This document shows, piece after piece, positions 12,401-28,666 of a stretch of 64,000 bases of DNA. Within the stretch, counting starts at the first letter, position 1; the number at the start of each line of letters is the position of its first letter. Origin of the DNA: Monocercomonoides exilis PA203 (lineage: Eukaryota > Protista > Preaxostyla); NCBI GenBank assembly GCA_001643675.2, contig LSRY02000011.1:1612001-1676000 (forward strand). Direction: 5' to 3'. The notes beneath the pieces are model-generated. The model saw nothing but the letters and a program-made list of their open reading frames with translations. It was not told where the DNA came from and searched no databases. Position numbers and translations under genes: made by a program.

Positions 12401-12994
12401 AACAGAAACAGCAACTTTTAAATCTTTTGATTGCTTTCTGAACAATAAAAGGAAAATAAGAAAAAAAAAAAAGAATAACAGCGAAGAGAATAAAATTGTA
12501 ATTTGAAAATTACTTCTATCAATCAGATTTATTCACAAACCGACAAAATGTTATTATGCTTTGAATATCTAAAGCATTCATTTTTGTGTTGTAAACAGTA
12601 AACGTAGTATTTATTTGAGCTAATCGAACACAATAGCTGCATCCTTCAATTTCCTAAATCAAAATTTGTGGGATTGAATTTTGCTGAACTTTTGAGATTA
12701 TTATAAATCAAACAATTCTTTCTTTAGCACAAAGTTCTTTAACACAATTTGAATCATTAAAAAATACGAACGCATTTGAATTTTTAGAAGATGCTCTGTT
12801 TATGCGATGTACGACTCCATATTTTGATAAAACTTCTATTATCTTATCATTCTTTATAATTGAAGGAATATTACATATTTTTACACCTTTTCCACATATA
12901 TAGATTGCAAACACAAAATTTGCGATGCAACACACAAAAAAACAAACAACACACCATATTCACCGTTCTGAGGCAACGACGAAAAGGAGTGCAT
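9461..12994 (-). CDS. RRM-domain protein with very long Ser/Pro-rich low-complexity C-terminus (4 exons)
   Basis: Spliced N-terminus MHSFSSLPQNGEYG/VKICNIPSIIKNDKIIEVLSKYGVV...NAFVFFND (RNP2/RNP1-like). Joins in frame to the 994-aa ORF via GTGTG/GTTTG...AG introns. Confidence 0.75.
9953..10200 (-). repeat. Intragenic tandem duplication, 141-nt (47-aa) period
   Basis: tgttgaatggaggtttataattgtgtctgtgaaagaatgagaagga at 9953 and 10094, encoding SPSHSFTDTIINLHST twice. Confidence 0.9.
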
Positions 12995-13528
12995 TACATA
13001 AAAATTCCTTATGGGTATTTTTTTTTTTTTACAACCAGAAATACAGGGAAAAAATTGTTTTTTATAAAATATTATATTTCGTAATCAATATTTCAAATCA
13101 AAAACTGAAAGATAAATAGAAATAAGAGGACATTTCTAGAAGAATTTTCTTTTTTCGAAAGTTGGAAATAATTTTCAAAGATAACAATTCTCTATCTATG
13201 AAATTTTATCAATATTTATTTTTTTTTAAATGAATACGAAATTTTCATAAAAATTTGATAAAATCTTTGAGTTGAAACCTTTGAAACGAAAAAGATAAAC
13301 GAAAGCAGTTCGAATGATGAGAGATTTTCAAATAGATTCAATTATCTTTGATTTGATTAAATATTAAAAATGCATTATTTCAATAAGACTCCTGTTACAT
13401 AAATGCTCGTATTACAGTTGGAGAATTACGTTAAACAAAGAAATATTTTTGCACAAATTCCAAATAATATTAAAACTTATGGGTGCAATCAAGTAAAAAT
13501 TGGTCAAGATCAATCAAAATTTGAAAAA

Positions 13529-16267
<2,739 letters not shown>

Positions 16268-16671
16268 AGCATCTTTCTTCGATAATTCAACTGGCCTTCT
16301 CTCTCACTTCACCTTCTCAAATTCGCTTCATCATCCTATTCTTTTTTTTTTTCTGTTTGAAAAAAAAAGAAAAGGAATTATTTTTGTTATTTCAAAGGAA
16401 AGCTAAAAAAAATACTTTGAAAGACTTGAAATTCAAAGATAATTGCACATCAACAAGAATAAACATTTTGCAATGCGTATTGAATTTTGTGATATGTGTA
16501 CATGAAAATGATTGAAGAAAAAAAAATATAAATAAAAACAGAACAGAGAAGAGCAGAATAGAATGGAATAGAATATTCATCATTTAATTGGAGCTTGTTA
16601 AATTGTTAACATTTATCTTTTTATTATTACTATTATTTTTTCTTTTGAAAAAAAGACATTCTTTTGTTGAT

Positions 16672-19600
16672 TCATTGGGGAGCTGATGATGAGTCAGAAG
16701 AAGCAGAAGAGTGTGAGTCTTCGCCTGTTCCAAACACGGCAGATGCAGCTGGTGTGCTGCTTGATGGAGAAGTTGAAGATGAAGATGTTGAAGAAGAAGA
16801 TGATGATGGAGGCAAAGGAGGAAGTGCAGAAGTTGATGTAGCTTGGACAGAAGATGCAGAAGAAACAGCATCTGTGGCTGGCAATGAGGAAGGAGATAGA
16901 GACGAAGGCTGGGCCGAAGTAGTTGTTGCTGAGGAAGCTGATGCAGAAGGAGAAGGAGAGGAGGAGGAAGGAGAAGAAGCAGAAGCAGGCGAAATAACAG
17001 AAGGGAACGGAGCAGTCGAGGCAGTCGAAGCAGCCGAAGACAGTGGCTGTTGAGGTGAATTGAGAGTTTTGTTTGTTTGGGGAGACACTTTCGGGTCAGA
17101 CGGCAGAGCAGCCTGTGTGACTGTGCTGGGCTTGTCTGCCAGCAGGCCAAAGTTGATGGGTGATGATTGGCTGCCCATGAAACCTGCCTGCGCTGTCATC
17201 TTCACAGGTCCTTCGTGCGACGAAAACGTCGGGGGCGAGAAAGCTGCCCGCGGAACACTCAGCAGATGCGAATTGTCTGCCTCGGAGAAATCCTTTCGGC
17301 TGCTCTCTTTCTTCGACGCAGTTTCTCCGTCGTTCTCCTGCGCTGCCTTCTGCTTGTCGGCGCTCTTCGGCTTTCTTCCCCTCTTCCTCTGTCCAATTTC
17401 TGGCTGCATCGCCACTGACGAGTGTGCAACAACAGGCATCTTCGGAACTGCTGCTTGTTGAGCCATCCCGAGCTTGCTGCTCCTCATCATGCTGCCCTGC
17501 TGCAACGAGGCCGAGGAAGGGTTCATATACGGCATGCCCGATGGTGTGGCTGGGAGTGCTGTTGGTGTTCCTGCAGGTGTGTTTGCGGGGAGTGTGAAGC
17601 CAGCAGTGCCGAAAGAAGTATGAGCATTCTGTGTGACACCAGCTGGGGGCATCCCTGCACCCACGGGCGAGAACTGGATCTGCGATGCCATCACGCCCAT
17701 TGATGGATTCACCATCGGTGCAAACGTCGCCCGCTGCATCACACCAGCCATGGCGACCTGCCCGTTCGATGCTGTCAGGCCAGATGGAGTGTGCATTCCA
17801 CCCATCGATGCACCTGCTGCCTGCTGATGCTGACTCTGGGGGCCAGAGCTGTATGTTGGATAAGGCGCATAGGAGGAAAGAGTGGTGAGGAGAGCAGGGT
17901 TGTTGGGTGTCGCTACGAAAGAAGAGGATGCGGCCTGCTGGTTGACAGGTGTGTGGGTGTTGCTGCCCTGTCCAGCAGCCGATGGCTTCAGTGCAGTGTT
18001 GAAGGGAGACGGGCTCATCACAGCAGAAGAGAACGAAGTTGAAGAGGAAGAGGAAGCAGCCCCGTTGGCATTGGTGTTGTTGTTGATGATGTTGCTTCCC
18101 CCGATGAATGCTGAGCCTTGCATTCCCTGTGCACCCATCACAGCACTTCCAGCGTTGCTTCCTTGAGCAATAGGTACAACCGACTGGGGCAGTCCCTGCT
18201 GCAGCGACAGGCCAGATGGCAGGCCTGCTGTCATATGCGACGCCAGCTGCATCTGCGACCCGCCAATGCTACTCACACCAGACACGCCAGACACTCCTGA
18301 CATGTGATGAGGCCCAAGTGCTGCCATCGCTGCTGCGTCTGCCTGCGACGGCATTCCGAACGGAGGAAGAGCCATCTGCACCTGCCCGCCCATCATCCCG
18401 CTGCTCCCTTGCATTCCCCCGCCTGGCCCGTACTGCCCTGCTGCCCCGCCCATCCCGCCTGGCCCAATCGCCCCGCCGCCTCCCATCTGATGAGAGAAGG
18501 AGGTGCCTGGCGGAGTGATGGGGCCAGCAGGGAAGGTGGGGGGAGGGAAGGAGGCAGATGAAGGGGAGCCGAGTGTAGAGCCTGCAGACTGCAGAGAGCC
18601 AGGCATTGTGCCGGCGCCGGCGGAGATGCTGGGCGAAGGGAAGCCAACGCCCATTGCGCCAGAGGATGAAGAAGACATCAGCGCATTGACAGAAGAGGAA
18701 GAAGAGGAAGAGGCGTGAAATGACGGGAAGTGGATCGACTGGTTCTGTTTGCTTGCTCCTTTCGTGTGCTTCTTCCGGCCGCGGGTGGATGAAGAAGAGG
18801 AGCCTGTTGCTGAGCGCTTTGTTGTGCGGTAGAAGTTTGTGTAGCTGACAGGCTGCTTGCCACGGCGCGTGGGATAAGGCAAGATCTTGTTGTTGTCCAG
18901 ATACAGCGACGGATCGAAGGCTGGTGAGTGAGGTGAAGCAACAGACTGATTGCCAGGTGAATGGAGATCGGAGCCAGCTGATGTCTGCTCGGCTGTGGAG
19001 GCGCCGTTGTCTTCGTCTCCATTTGCTCTCTTTGCGCTTTCGTCTTCGTCGTCAGAGAATAAAAATGCATCGTCGTCGTCATCTTCCATCGTCTGATTAT
19101 TTGTGTGTCCCTCAACTCCTCCTCCGACTCCTCCGCTGCCTCCTTCCTCCTTCTCGCTCTCCTTCTCCTTCTCAATCTGCTCCTTCAGGATCATCGCCTG
19201 CCTCCTTGTCTGATACTGCACTGGGCCGAGTGTGCCATTTGGCCCTATCAACCCAGCCATCGATGGGTCGCTCCAGTCAATCCCATCAATCACAGCGCCT
19301 TTCTCGCCCAATCCGTCTGCTTCTTCGCCTTCTCCTTTCTTTGGCAGCTTGGCCATTCCTGTTTTGTCTCTGTCGAGAACAGATGGATCAGATGAGGGGA
19401 ACTTCAGCTCGCTTTCGTCTTTGATCTTTTGAGTGTAATCATCCAAAAAGCTGGTTCTGTTGAGTAATTTTTGTCTTTGCGATGGAGGTCGGCCTCTTCT
19501 TCCTTTCACTTTGCGAGGACCCGAGCGTGTGTCTGAATACACACCTGAACAGAATCAAGATAAGATTGTAATAAAAAGTGAAAAATATACAAAATGTTAT

Positions 19601-22600
19601 TAGAAAAATGATAAATAAACATAAAATTAAATTAAAATTAAAAGTATAAAAAGTTAAAAAAAGAAATAAAAACTCCATAAAAGAATACTAAACACACCAC
19701 CAATCCATTGAGACTTTGCCCGAGAGCTGTAAGTGGGAACCGACGCTGTGCCAGCCAGCATGCTGTCATACGTACTCAGTCCAGACATTGAGCTTGACTG
19801 CTGATCCAACCCAGCACCAATGCCAGCATTGCTTGCATCTCCGTATTTTGAGTCAGCATCAGACAAAGAAGAATGCTCTGAGTGCAACGTGCTGGTTTCT
19901 CTGCCAGCTGTACCTGCCCCACCGACTGACCCCAATCCCAGCACATTCTGCCCATACAGCACCGCCGGCGACACAAACCTTCCGCTCTTCCTCGGCTTCA
20001 TCTGGTAGCCAAGCAGCTTCAGCGTGCTCTTCTTCTTCCTTCCTCTCGTCTTCCCGTGCTTTGCAGAGGCGAGGGAGTCCATCAAGCGCTTGTACTGTAT
20101 CTGCATCTGCAGCTGGAGATGATGGCGCATCTGCTCCTTCAGCGACGAGTTGTGTGAGCGCTTCCCTCTCATCTGCTGCTGGTGGGCAGCAGACGGAGGA
20201 GGAGGCATGCTCGACATGGAGGGGCTGCCTGACACAGCATCAGACTCTGCCACTATCTGAATCGTCTTGTCGATCGCTGCATGGACGGCTCGGTTGATCT
20301 CGTCAGACGAGAAGCCTTCGCTCTCCAAACGAGCTATCAGCACAGATGGTGGGGGAATGCCACCTTTTGTCTTCTGAATCAGCTGCGTCTTCTTCTTCGA
20401 CGACTTCTTCCCCTTTTTGTGCTTAAGGGGTGTGGAAGTGAGTGCAGAAGTGGCTGCAGTTGAAGAGGGCACAGGAGGAGTGAGTGAAGAGGTTATTGTT
20501 GGCATTGTCCCAACAACCAGCGGAGACGGCTGGGCAGACAGGCCGGCCTGCATCATCGATGCCTGGGCACTCTGAATGAAAGGATTGGGAGAGATGACCG
20601 GGAAGCCTGATGTTGTCTGCTGCTGCTCTGCAACTCCACTTCCTGATGACGAAGTAGATGAAGAAGAAGAGGAAGAAGATAGTTCTGGATGAGAAGGTGT
20701 TGACAATTGTGCTTGTCCCTCTGTGGAAGGTGTCTGGAAGGGCGTCTCTGGTCCGAAGGGATCATCTGAACTGGGTGGGGCAGTGACTGGCGAGACACCT
20801 GTGCTGAAAGTGAATGGAGAGGGTGTGCCCATTGCTGATTGGGTGTTTGTGTTTGAGTGCTGTGCAGGTGTGCTGGCTGTGCTGCTGTCGTGTTGTGTGT
20901 CAAAGGCATCGCCTTCAGATGATGGATGCACTGGGAGCGACGAGGATTGGGATGAGACTGATGTGACGAGTGAAGAAGAGGAAAGTGAAGAAGATGAAGA
21001 AGTAGCAGAAGTAGAAGAAGCAGTTGACTGTGACAGCATCAGTGGCTGTGCAGATGACAGAAGAGGCATTCCAACAGAGTCAACAGCTGCCAACGATGAA
21101 TATAAATGAGGCTCGCCACTTTTCGTGCCGCGTGCAGCATAATCGCTGAGGTATTTGGCAAGATCCATGTCTTCTGCACACTCCACCATCAGCTCTCTTG
21201 CCAGCTTCACAGACGAAGGAGGAGGCAAGCCTTGTGCGATAGCCTCGTCGTCTGCCCACTCACGCATCATCTTCTCTTCATCCAGCACATGGAATTGGTT
21301 GTAGTATGATGAAGAGACAGGAGGGATGAGGGGGTTGGTTGCGTGCTTCAGAAACTCTGCTACTCGGTCACGCTCCATGATGCAGTCATCCATCCTCCAC
21401 TGCAACCCAGCTACGATATCCTCAGCAGCTTCTGTTGGGTTTTGAGGGAATGTGGAGGGGGTGGGGTGGGGAATTAACAATTGAAAAATAAAAAAGAACA
21501 AAGAATATTAGATTAAATAAATATATAAATAAATATAAAAGCAACACACTTATTTCCACGTCCAATTGGGCGATGTCTGCAATCAGTGCATCTTCCTGCT
21601 TCGTCGGGAGAAGCAGCGAGAAGTCGAAGAAGAACGGTTCTCCTCCCTTTTCAATCATTTTCCTCTTTTCTGCCCTCATCTTTGCCAGGTCCCTCTGCAT
21701 TCCCTCTCTCGAATACCTCGTCCTCCTCTCCCCCGGCTTCATAAACGCCTCCATCCACTCCGCATCCTCCTTTGTCAGCACCACCCACCGCTGCTTCCCA
21801 CTCTTCCGCCGCAGAAGCGACCGCATCTCAGCCAACACAGAAGGACTCCACGACTTCAGCTCTTCTTCATCAGGCAGATCATCTCGTTTCACTCTTTCCT
21901 TCAGAATGTCAAGAATTTCATTGGATTCTTCTGTTGATGGTTGATCATTGTTGTGTTTGTCTGTCTTCTTGCTCTGTGTATCAGATGAAGCAGAAGAGTC
22001 AGAAGAAGAAGAAGAAGATGCAGAAGCAGACTCAACCGCTTCAATTGCACTCATCCCGTTCTTTGTTGTGCTGTCGACTGTGAATGAGCCCAGTGGCTGT
22101 GTCCAGTCGACGATGCCTTCTTTTATCCAGTCCTCTTCAAACAGCTGTGCCTTGAGCGCTCTCCTCTCCAGCTCCTCTTTGATGAGCAGCCGCCTCCTCA
22201 GCAGCCACTCCCTCCTTTCTTTCTCGCGCGCTGCCACACCTTCAACTGACTTCTCCTTCTCAGACAGCTTCGACGCATGCTTCAGAGAAGAGTCCATTAG
22301 ACCTCCTCGGAATGTGCGTGGCTGGCGGGAGAGAAGAGAGGAAGAGGAAGAAAAAGAAGAAGATAATGACAGAGAAGAAGATGGATCGGTTAGTGAAAGA
22401 GCAGATGAGGGAAACAGAGAAGAAGACAATGACGATGATGCATTGTTTATTTTCTGAATGATGTCCATGTCTTCTTCTTTGGCTGATCTCTTTGCTTGGC
22501 TTTTTCCTTCATTCTCTTTCCCCTCTTTTGTTTCGCTTCCTTCTTTTTCTGTTTTCACCTCGTCTGTCTCCGATGAAGATAGCAAAGTTGATTCTGCTTC

Positions 22601-22715
22601 CTGTTTTCCCTCTGCTCCCAATGGGAGTGTGGTATAAGATGCATCAGCTGAACTGTCCATTCCATTTGCATCGCCTTTCGTTCGTTTGTGTGTCATCTCC
22701 TGCTGCTCACCTGCA

Positions 22716-22747
<32 letters not shown>

Positions 22748-24239
22748 TGGTGATGATGACTCATTCATTCGAGACCCATCCACAGGCACAAGATTCGGAG
22801 ACAGCACACTCTTCCCGCTCTTTGTTACTATTCCCTTTGTCATCCACCCATCGCTTTCAATTGTCTCCTTCTCCTTCTCTTTCTCTTTCTCTTTCTCCTT
22901 CGCCCCTCCTTTCCCTCCCATTTTCTGCGTCTTCGGAGAACCCATGTCACCCACCATGAGGCTCAGCAGCTCATTCACTCCTCTCATCCTCTTGCTCCTC
23001 CTCCCTTTCTCAGCAGGTGTGCCTGGATTCCCTTCACCTGCATTTCCTGTTGTGATATCTGTCTGATTGGCATCTGACTGCGGTGTTGCTGATGTGGGTG
23101 TTGTGATGATGGAGGGGTTGTCTAGCTGTTCAGAGGATGGGCTTATCAGAGCTGTCTGCTTTGTGTCTGCTTCTGCGTGTGGATGGGCAGACGGGCGAAG
23201 AGGAGTCGGATGCAGCACGGCTGGTGCTTGGTTTGTGCTCTCATCTGAAATGGATGTTGATTCAGCTGATGTTGCTGCTTGGGTTTCTGTGATTTCTTGT
23301 TGTGTGGCAGTTGTATTGACATCACCAAGTTTCTCTTCAGATGAAGTAACACTCGGTTTCTCACTTGTTTGTGTCTCTATTAGAAGTTCTGTTGTTACTC
23401 CAGTCATTTCCTTTTGATCTGTTTCCATCTTTTTGATAGTCTCAGTTGTTGTTGTGCTGATTTCCTCTTCTTTTTCCTGTGTGTTTTGCAGCGAAAGTGG
23501 CATTGGTACATCATCAGCTTCAATCTGCATTCCATTTACATTCAAATCTTCTTCTTTCTCCTTTTCTTTCCTTTCTTCCAAGCTATCTTCTTCCATTGTT
23601 TGCAACCCACCATTCGCTCCCCTCCTTCTCCTGTTAACAGAACGATGCACAGAGTCCACAATCACAGGCAGCTCTGGATACAATCTGGTGGCTGCCCACA
23701 TCTGCCTGGCCATCAGCTCTTTCACACTCAGCTGGTGCTTTGGTTGATTTTCTGTGAAAGAAGAACCATCTTTATTTGAGTTGACATTAAGTGAATTTTC
23801 TGCACTTTCGTTTTTCTCCTCCACATCCATTGCAATTGAGTCATCCTTATCTGTCTTCTGTATCACTCCCAGCCCCTCTTCTTCCTTCTCCCCCGTTCTA
23901 TTCTGATTAACCTGATTAATCTGAGCAGCCGATGAATGACACAGAACTGGAAGAGTTGGGTCGTTCACCACATCCACCCATTCCATGTTGATGGCGCGCA
24001 TCATGTGTCTGTCTGCCTTTCCTTCCCACTGGTCGAACTCATCGTATGTCTCATGATAGAACAGGTTGGTCGATGCTGGCTGGAAGTCAGCTGCAAATGT
24101 GCACATGCGCTCTGGGAATAGAAGATGAGGTATGAAAAGGAAAATAAAGAAATAAATAAATAAATAAATAAATAAATATTGAAGAAGAAAATGATTCAAA
24201 AGAATCGAAAAGCATTATATGGAAAAAAATCGTAGATCC

Positions 24240-24272
<33 letters not shown>

Positions 24273-27240
24273 TCATTAGAATTATAATCAAAAGCACACC
24301 TTCTTCCACCCACTTCCAGAGGCAGACTCTTCCGAGTGACGAGAGCGTGACCCACAAATAGGAAGACGAAGAACAATCAACAGCAACCGCGTCTTCGATG
24401 TTTGTCTGGAGCATTTGCATTCCTCCGTGGAAGATGAGCTCATGCATCAGCACTTTGTGTGCAGAAGAAGGATGAATTGGAGAAGAGAGGAGGGAATGGC
24501 CAGCAGAAGCAGAAATAGAAGAAGAAGAAGGAGGAGGAGGAGGAATGGAAACAGAAGCAGAGGCAGAGCGAGAGACGGGAGAGAGAGAAGGAGTGGGAGT
24601 GGAGGAGGAGGAGAGGAGAGCAGAAGGCATGTTGGAGGAAGAGGATGGGAGAGGGGAAGGCGTGATGGAAGGGGTGCTTGTGGCAGTGGTTGTGACAGTG
24701 GTGGAGGAAGAGGAAGAAGAAGAAGAAGAGATAGAAGAAGAGGAAGAAGATTCTGGAGATACCAATGGCAAAGCAGAAGAAAGAGAAGGAGAAGGAATTG
24801 CAGAAAGATCAGATGAGTCCATTGGAGTCGGTGCAGTCTCAGAAAGATCAGAAGAAGCAGATGAAACAGAAGAAGAAGAGGAAGGTGTGTCTTCTTCCAT
24901 CTGCATTGACTGAGGTGTACCTGAAGAAGCAGATGAAGAAGAAGATGTTGTTGATGATGTTGTTATCAATGAAGATGTTGCAAACAAAGATGGAGGTGCT
25001 GCTGAAGGTGATGGTGATTGGGGTTTGAGAACAGATTGCTTTTCGGCTTCTTCTTTGGCATTTGCAATCTCTGTGCCTTCTGTTAATTTTTCAGGCAATT
25101 CAGAAGAAGAAGAAGAGGAGGAGGAGGAGGAGGAGGAAAGGTGTGAAAGTGGAGAAGATATAGCAGGAACTGACGTGTCTGAAGATGTAGAAGACTTCTG
25201 AGCAGCAGCAGAAGAAGAATTCGAATCAGCCGAAGCCGATGCAGATGAAGACGAAGAAATAACATTGCGAGCAAACGGAAGAGGAGAAGGAGATGAACCC
25301 GGCGCACTTGAAAGTGGTAGGGAAGGGGTGTTGTAGACAGACAAAGGCGGAGTCTGTCTGTTTTCCTTCCGCTGGCCGACGCCAATGAAGAAGCGCTCGC
25401 CGTCGCCGGTGGTGGCGATGCTGCCGAGTATAATCTTCTCCATGCCGTTGTTGAAGGAGGCGATGGCGACAGGGCAGAGGGTGGAGTAGCAGTTGGTCTT
25501 GCCGTTCTGGTGGGAGGCGAGGAGGAAGCAGGAGGAGAGGAGGGACTGTGGAGCGTAGTGGAAAAGAGAGGAAGAGGAGGAGGATGATGATGATGAGGAA
25601 GAGGAAGAAGAAGAAGAAGAAGAACGAGACGTGGAGGTGGAAGAGGAGGATGATGATGATGATGATTGAGATTGGGAAGGAACATTTTCTGTTGAATGTG
25701 AAAGAGTATCTGAAGAAGAAGGCGAAGAAGAAGAAGAAGATGTTGCCGTTGTTGTAATTGTTTCTGGTGCAATTGAAGATGCGGCTGGTTCCAAAGACGT
25801 GCTATCAGATATGTTTTTTGTAGGTTGAGTGCCATTTTGAGCATCTGCTTCTTCTTCTTCTTTTGGTTTTGTTGTTTCTGCTTTTGTGTCTGTTGAAGCA
25901 GAAGAATCTTTTTCTGAATGATTTGAATCAACAGGCGCTTTGGATGAGATGGATGCTTCATCTGCAGTACTTTCAGAGCCATCTTTAGGCAAATGATCTC
26001 CCTGAGTTGTTTCACTTGGCTTATCTGGCTGCTCATTTGTTGAGGTATTAGACTCACTTTTGCCTGTGGAGTCATCAGTTGGAGGATGAGTTGGTTCAGA
26101 AGGAGAATTTGAAGTTGAGCTTTTAGCTTCTGAAGCATTTGGAGTGCTTAAATTATTGCTTGAAGTCGAAGCGTTGGCTTCTGAAGAAATGCCTTCTTCA
26201 TTTTTTTGCTGTGGCGTTACGTTTTGTGTGTGTTTTTGTGAATTATCTTTTTCCTGGTCTGGCATATCAGCAAGTGGGTCAGCAGAATTTGAACTGCTTT
26301 TCGAATTATCTGCCGGCATTTGTTCTGTCACGAGCGCAAAGGGACATTCCGCGTGTCCAATCACACTTTCTAGCAATTTGATAGGAGGATTTCGAAGCCA
26401 TTGAAGAGCAGTAACTCCAGTATGATCTTCTTTAGGCGCACATATCATCCACTTCTTTGTTGTTGCATCATACACACATATTTGCCCGTCTGAATTACCT
26501 ATTGCCAACTGTAGTTTTGATGGGTGCCAAGATAAACAGGTTATAGTGCATGGTGCATTTGGGGATGAAATTGTTTTATCATTTCCTGGAAACTTAAGAT
26601 CATCAATTTGAACATTTTTTCCTTCAAAGCAACATGAAAGTGAAGGGGAAAACATAATTCTGTGCGATGTGCTTAGAGCGGCAAATGGATATCTATTAAA
26701 AATGTTATCAATGAAAATGTTCAATTTTTTTTAAATGCGAAGCATTGATAAACAAACGGTGGATGATGGAATGCTGATGCAGTTTTAATTTCTTCACCAA
26801 GATTAAAAACTGTAAATGGGTTTTGTTGAGCCATTGTCCAAATCGCAATTGAACCATTTTGGTGGGCAGAAAAGAGAAACCCTCCACAAATACTACAAAA
26901 AAACCAAATAAAAAGGAATGAGATGTTAAAAATAAAACAAAGATATCAAACTCAATTGCAACCGGGTAATTGAGGCAAGGATCTTTGAATGTTTGAAGTG
27001 GAAGTTGAGATCTCAAAGTTGCAACGTCCCAAAGTTGTAAAGTCCCATCTGCGCAGGCACAAAACAAAAAAAGGCCCTGATCATCGAAGCGCGTGAGAAC
27101 TACATTGTATCCAGTAATCTCACTGACAATACGAGGACGGAATTTTCGACCTTATCAAAAAAACAAAATAAATGACCAGAAAATTTTTTTGAAAAATCTA
27201 AGTTACTTATCCTGTTTGAGAATTTTAACATACTTATCAT
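16672..27240 (-). CDS. Giant (~3300 aa, 7 exons) WD40 protein, RBBP5/Swd1 (COMPASS)-like, with low-complexity inserts and C-terminal AT-hook motifs
   Basis: Exons splice in frame. N-terminus RFDDQGLFLFCACADGTLQLWDVAT...YPVAID...FLFSAHQNGSIAIW. Post-propeller CLWKWVEE/ERMCTFAADFQPASTNLFYHETYDEFD...VDVV resembles RBBP5 IW...ENWSAFAPDF...YEERESEFD...VDV. KGRRGRPP and RKRGRKPK occur downstream. Confidence 0.72.
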
Positions 27241-27436
27241 TATCTATCTTTGATAAGTATCCTATATTTGAATTCCGTCGAAATCAGGGTAATTTCAAAA
27301 ACAGAATAAATGTGAGTTATTATGGGAACAAATATGAAAATAATTGGTGAAACTATTGTATAAAAAATTAAACTTCGAAATGAACAAAGCTAAGCAAAAA
27401 GAACAAGGTATTAGATTAGTGTTATTTAAGAAAGTC

Positions 27437-28307
27437 TAAAAACTAATTTCATAACAAAAAACTTATCTCTTCAAAGAGGCAGGCGCATAAATATTACAAT
27501 TTCACTTTTGAATAAAATTAATTTTAAAAAAATTAAGTTGAAAAATGTTAAAGTCAAATTAAAAGAAAAGAAAGAAAACAAAGCAAAACCTGTTTTAATC
27601 GACAATCCAGATAGCCTTTTCAAATCAAGTGATGGAAGGCGAAATGGTGGTACTTTTGTGGCATCTATGTCAAGGAAGTTTTCTATTCATTTTTGAAATG
27701 TGATAGTTGAAAAATTGCAAATCTGCAAAAAAAATTTTTTTAGCAAACGTTTTCCAAATGGATCGAGCATTTCATCAGGATTTTTGTTGAATCCCTCTGG
27801 AACAATGGAAGGAAGATCAGAGCATGTAGTTTGAATGAACATTGTCACAAGAGATCGCTTTTTCCTTTCAAGTTGCTAAAAAAAAAAAAGAGTCAACGTA
27901 AATCTTCATCAATTTCGATGATGTGCGACATACATTAACAATATAAAATAGTTGGTCTGATGTTACAGTAATTTGCATATTTTCATTTATTGCAATTGAA
28001 TGATGCTCTCGAGTTGCATCATAAAGAAGTTTATTCAAATCCGTGAGAGAAGACAGAACATATTGTTCAGCTTTTGGAATAATTTCTGCCCCACGAGTTT
28101 TGAATTCTTCATTTATGTACTTTACACATTTGTTGATTCGTCCCTTTTAAAAATAACACGCATGATTTTGAGAGGATTTGAAAAAAACAAATAAATATAA
28201 ATAACAATAAAAAAACTTTATAAATGTACCTGTATTTTTGCTGGCTTTTCGACAGAATCCTTTTGAATTTTCGCAATAAATGCTTTCAATGTCTCAGGAC
28301 TGATCAT
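27437..28307 (-). CDS. Hypothetical ~180-aa protein (5 short exons; 3' end uncertain)
   Basis: MISPETLKAFIAKIQ... stays open across GTAC/GTATG/GTTTG...AG introns. No family recognised. Confidence 0.55.
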
Positions 28308-28666
28308 GTTGATAATTTTGAGTTATAAAGGTTATATTGATCAAATCTGGAAATTTGACATTTTCACTCCATCAAAATACTTGTTAGAGTTACAAAATCT
28401 TTAAATGATGTAATTGAGTATCATAAACCAAAGTCCACGTTTTCCGAATCTGTTCCTCTGAAATATAGTAATCCTCTAATTTATCAAAAATATATATTTC
28501 AAAGTTTTGATTTTTAAAACAGAAAAATAAATATGAAGTGAAATGTTTCGTAAGTGTCAATAGTTTCATTAAATTGATTTAATTTCTATTTCTCATAAAT
28601 AATACACCAGAATGCTTTACAAATGAAATGTGAGTTATGAATCAATTGAAGTTGTAGTGTTTGGAT

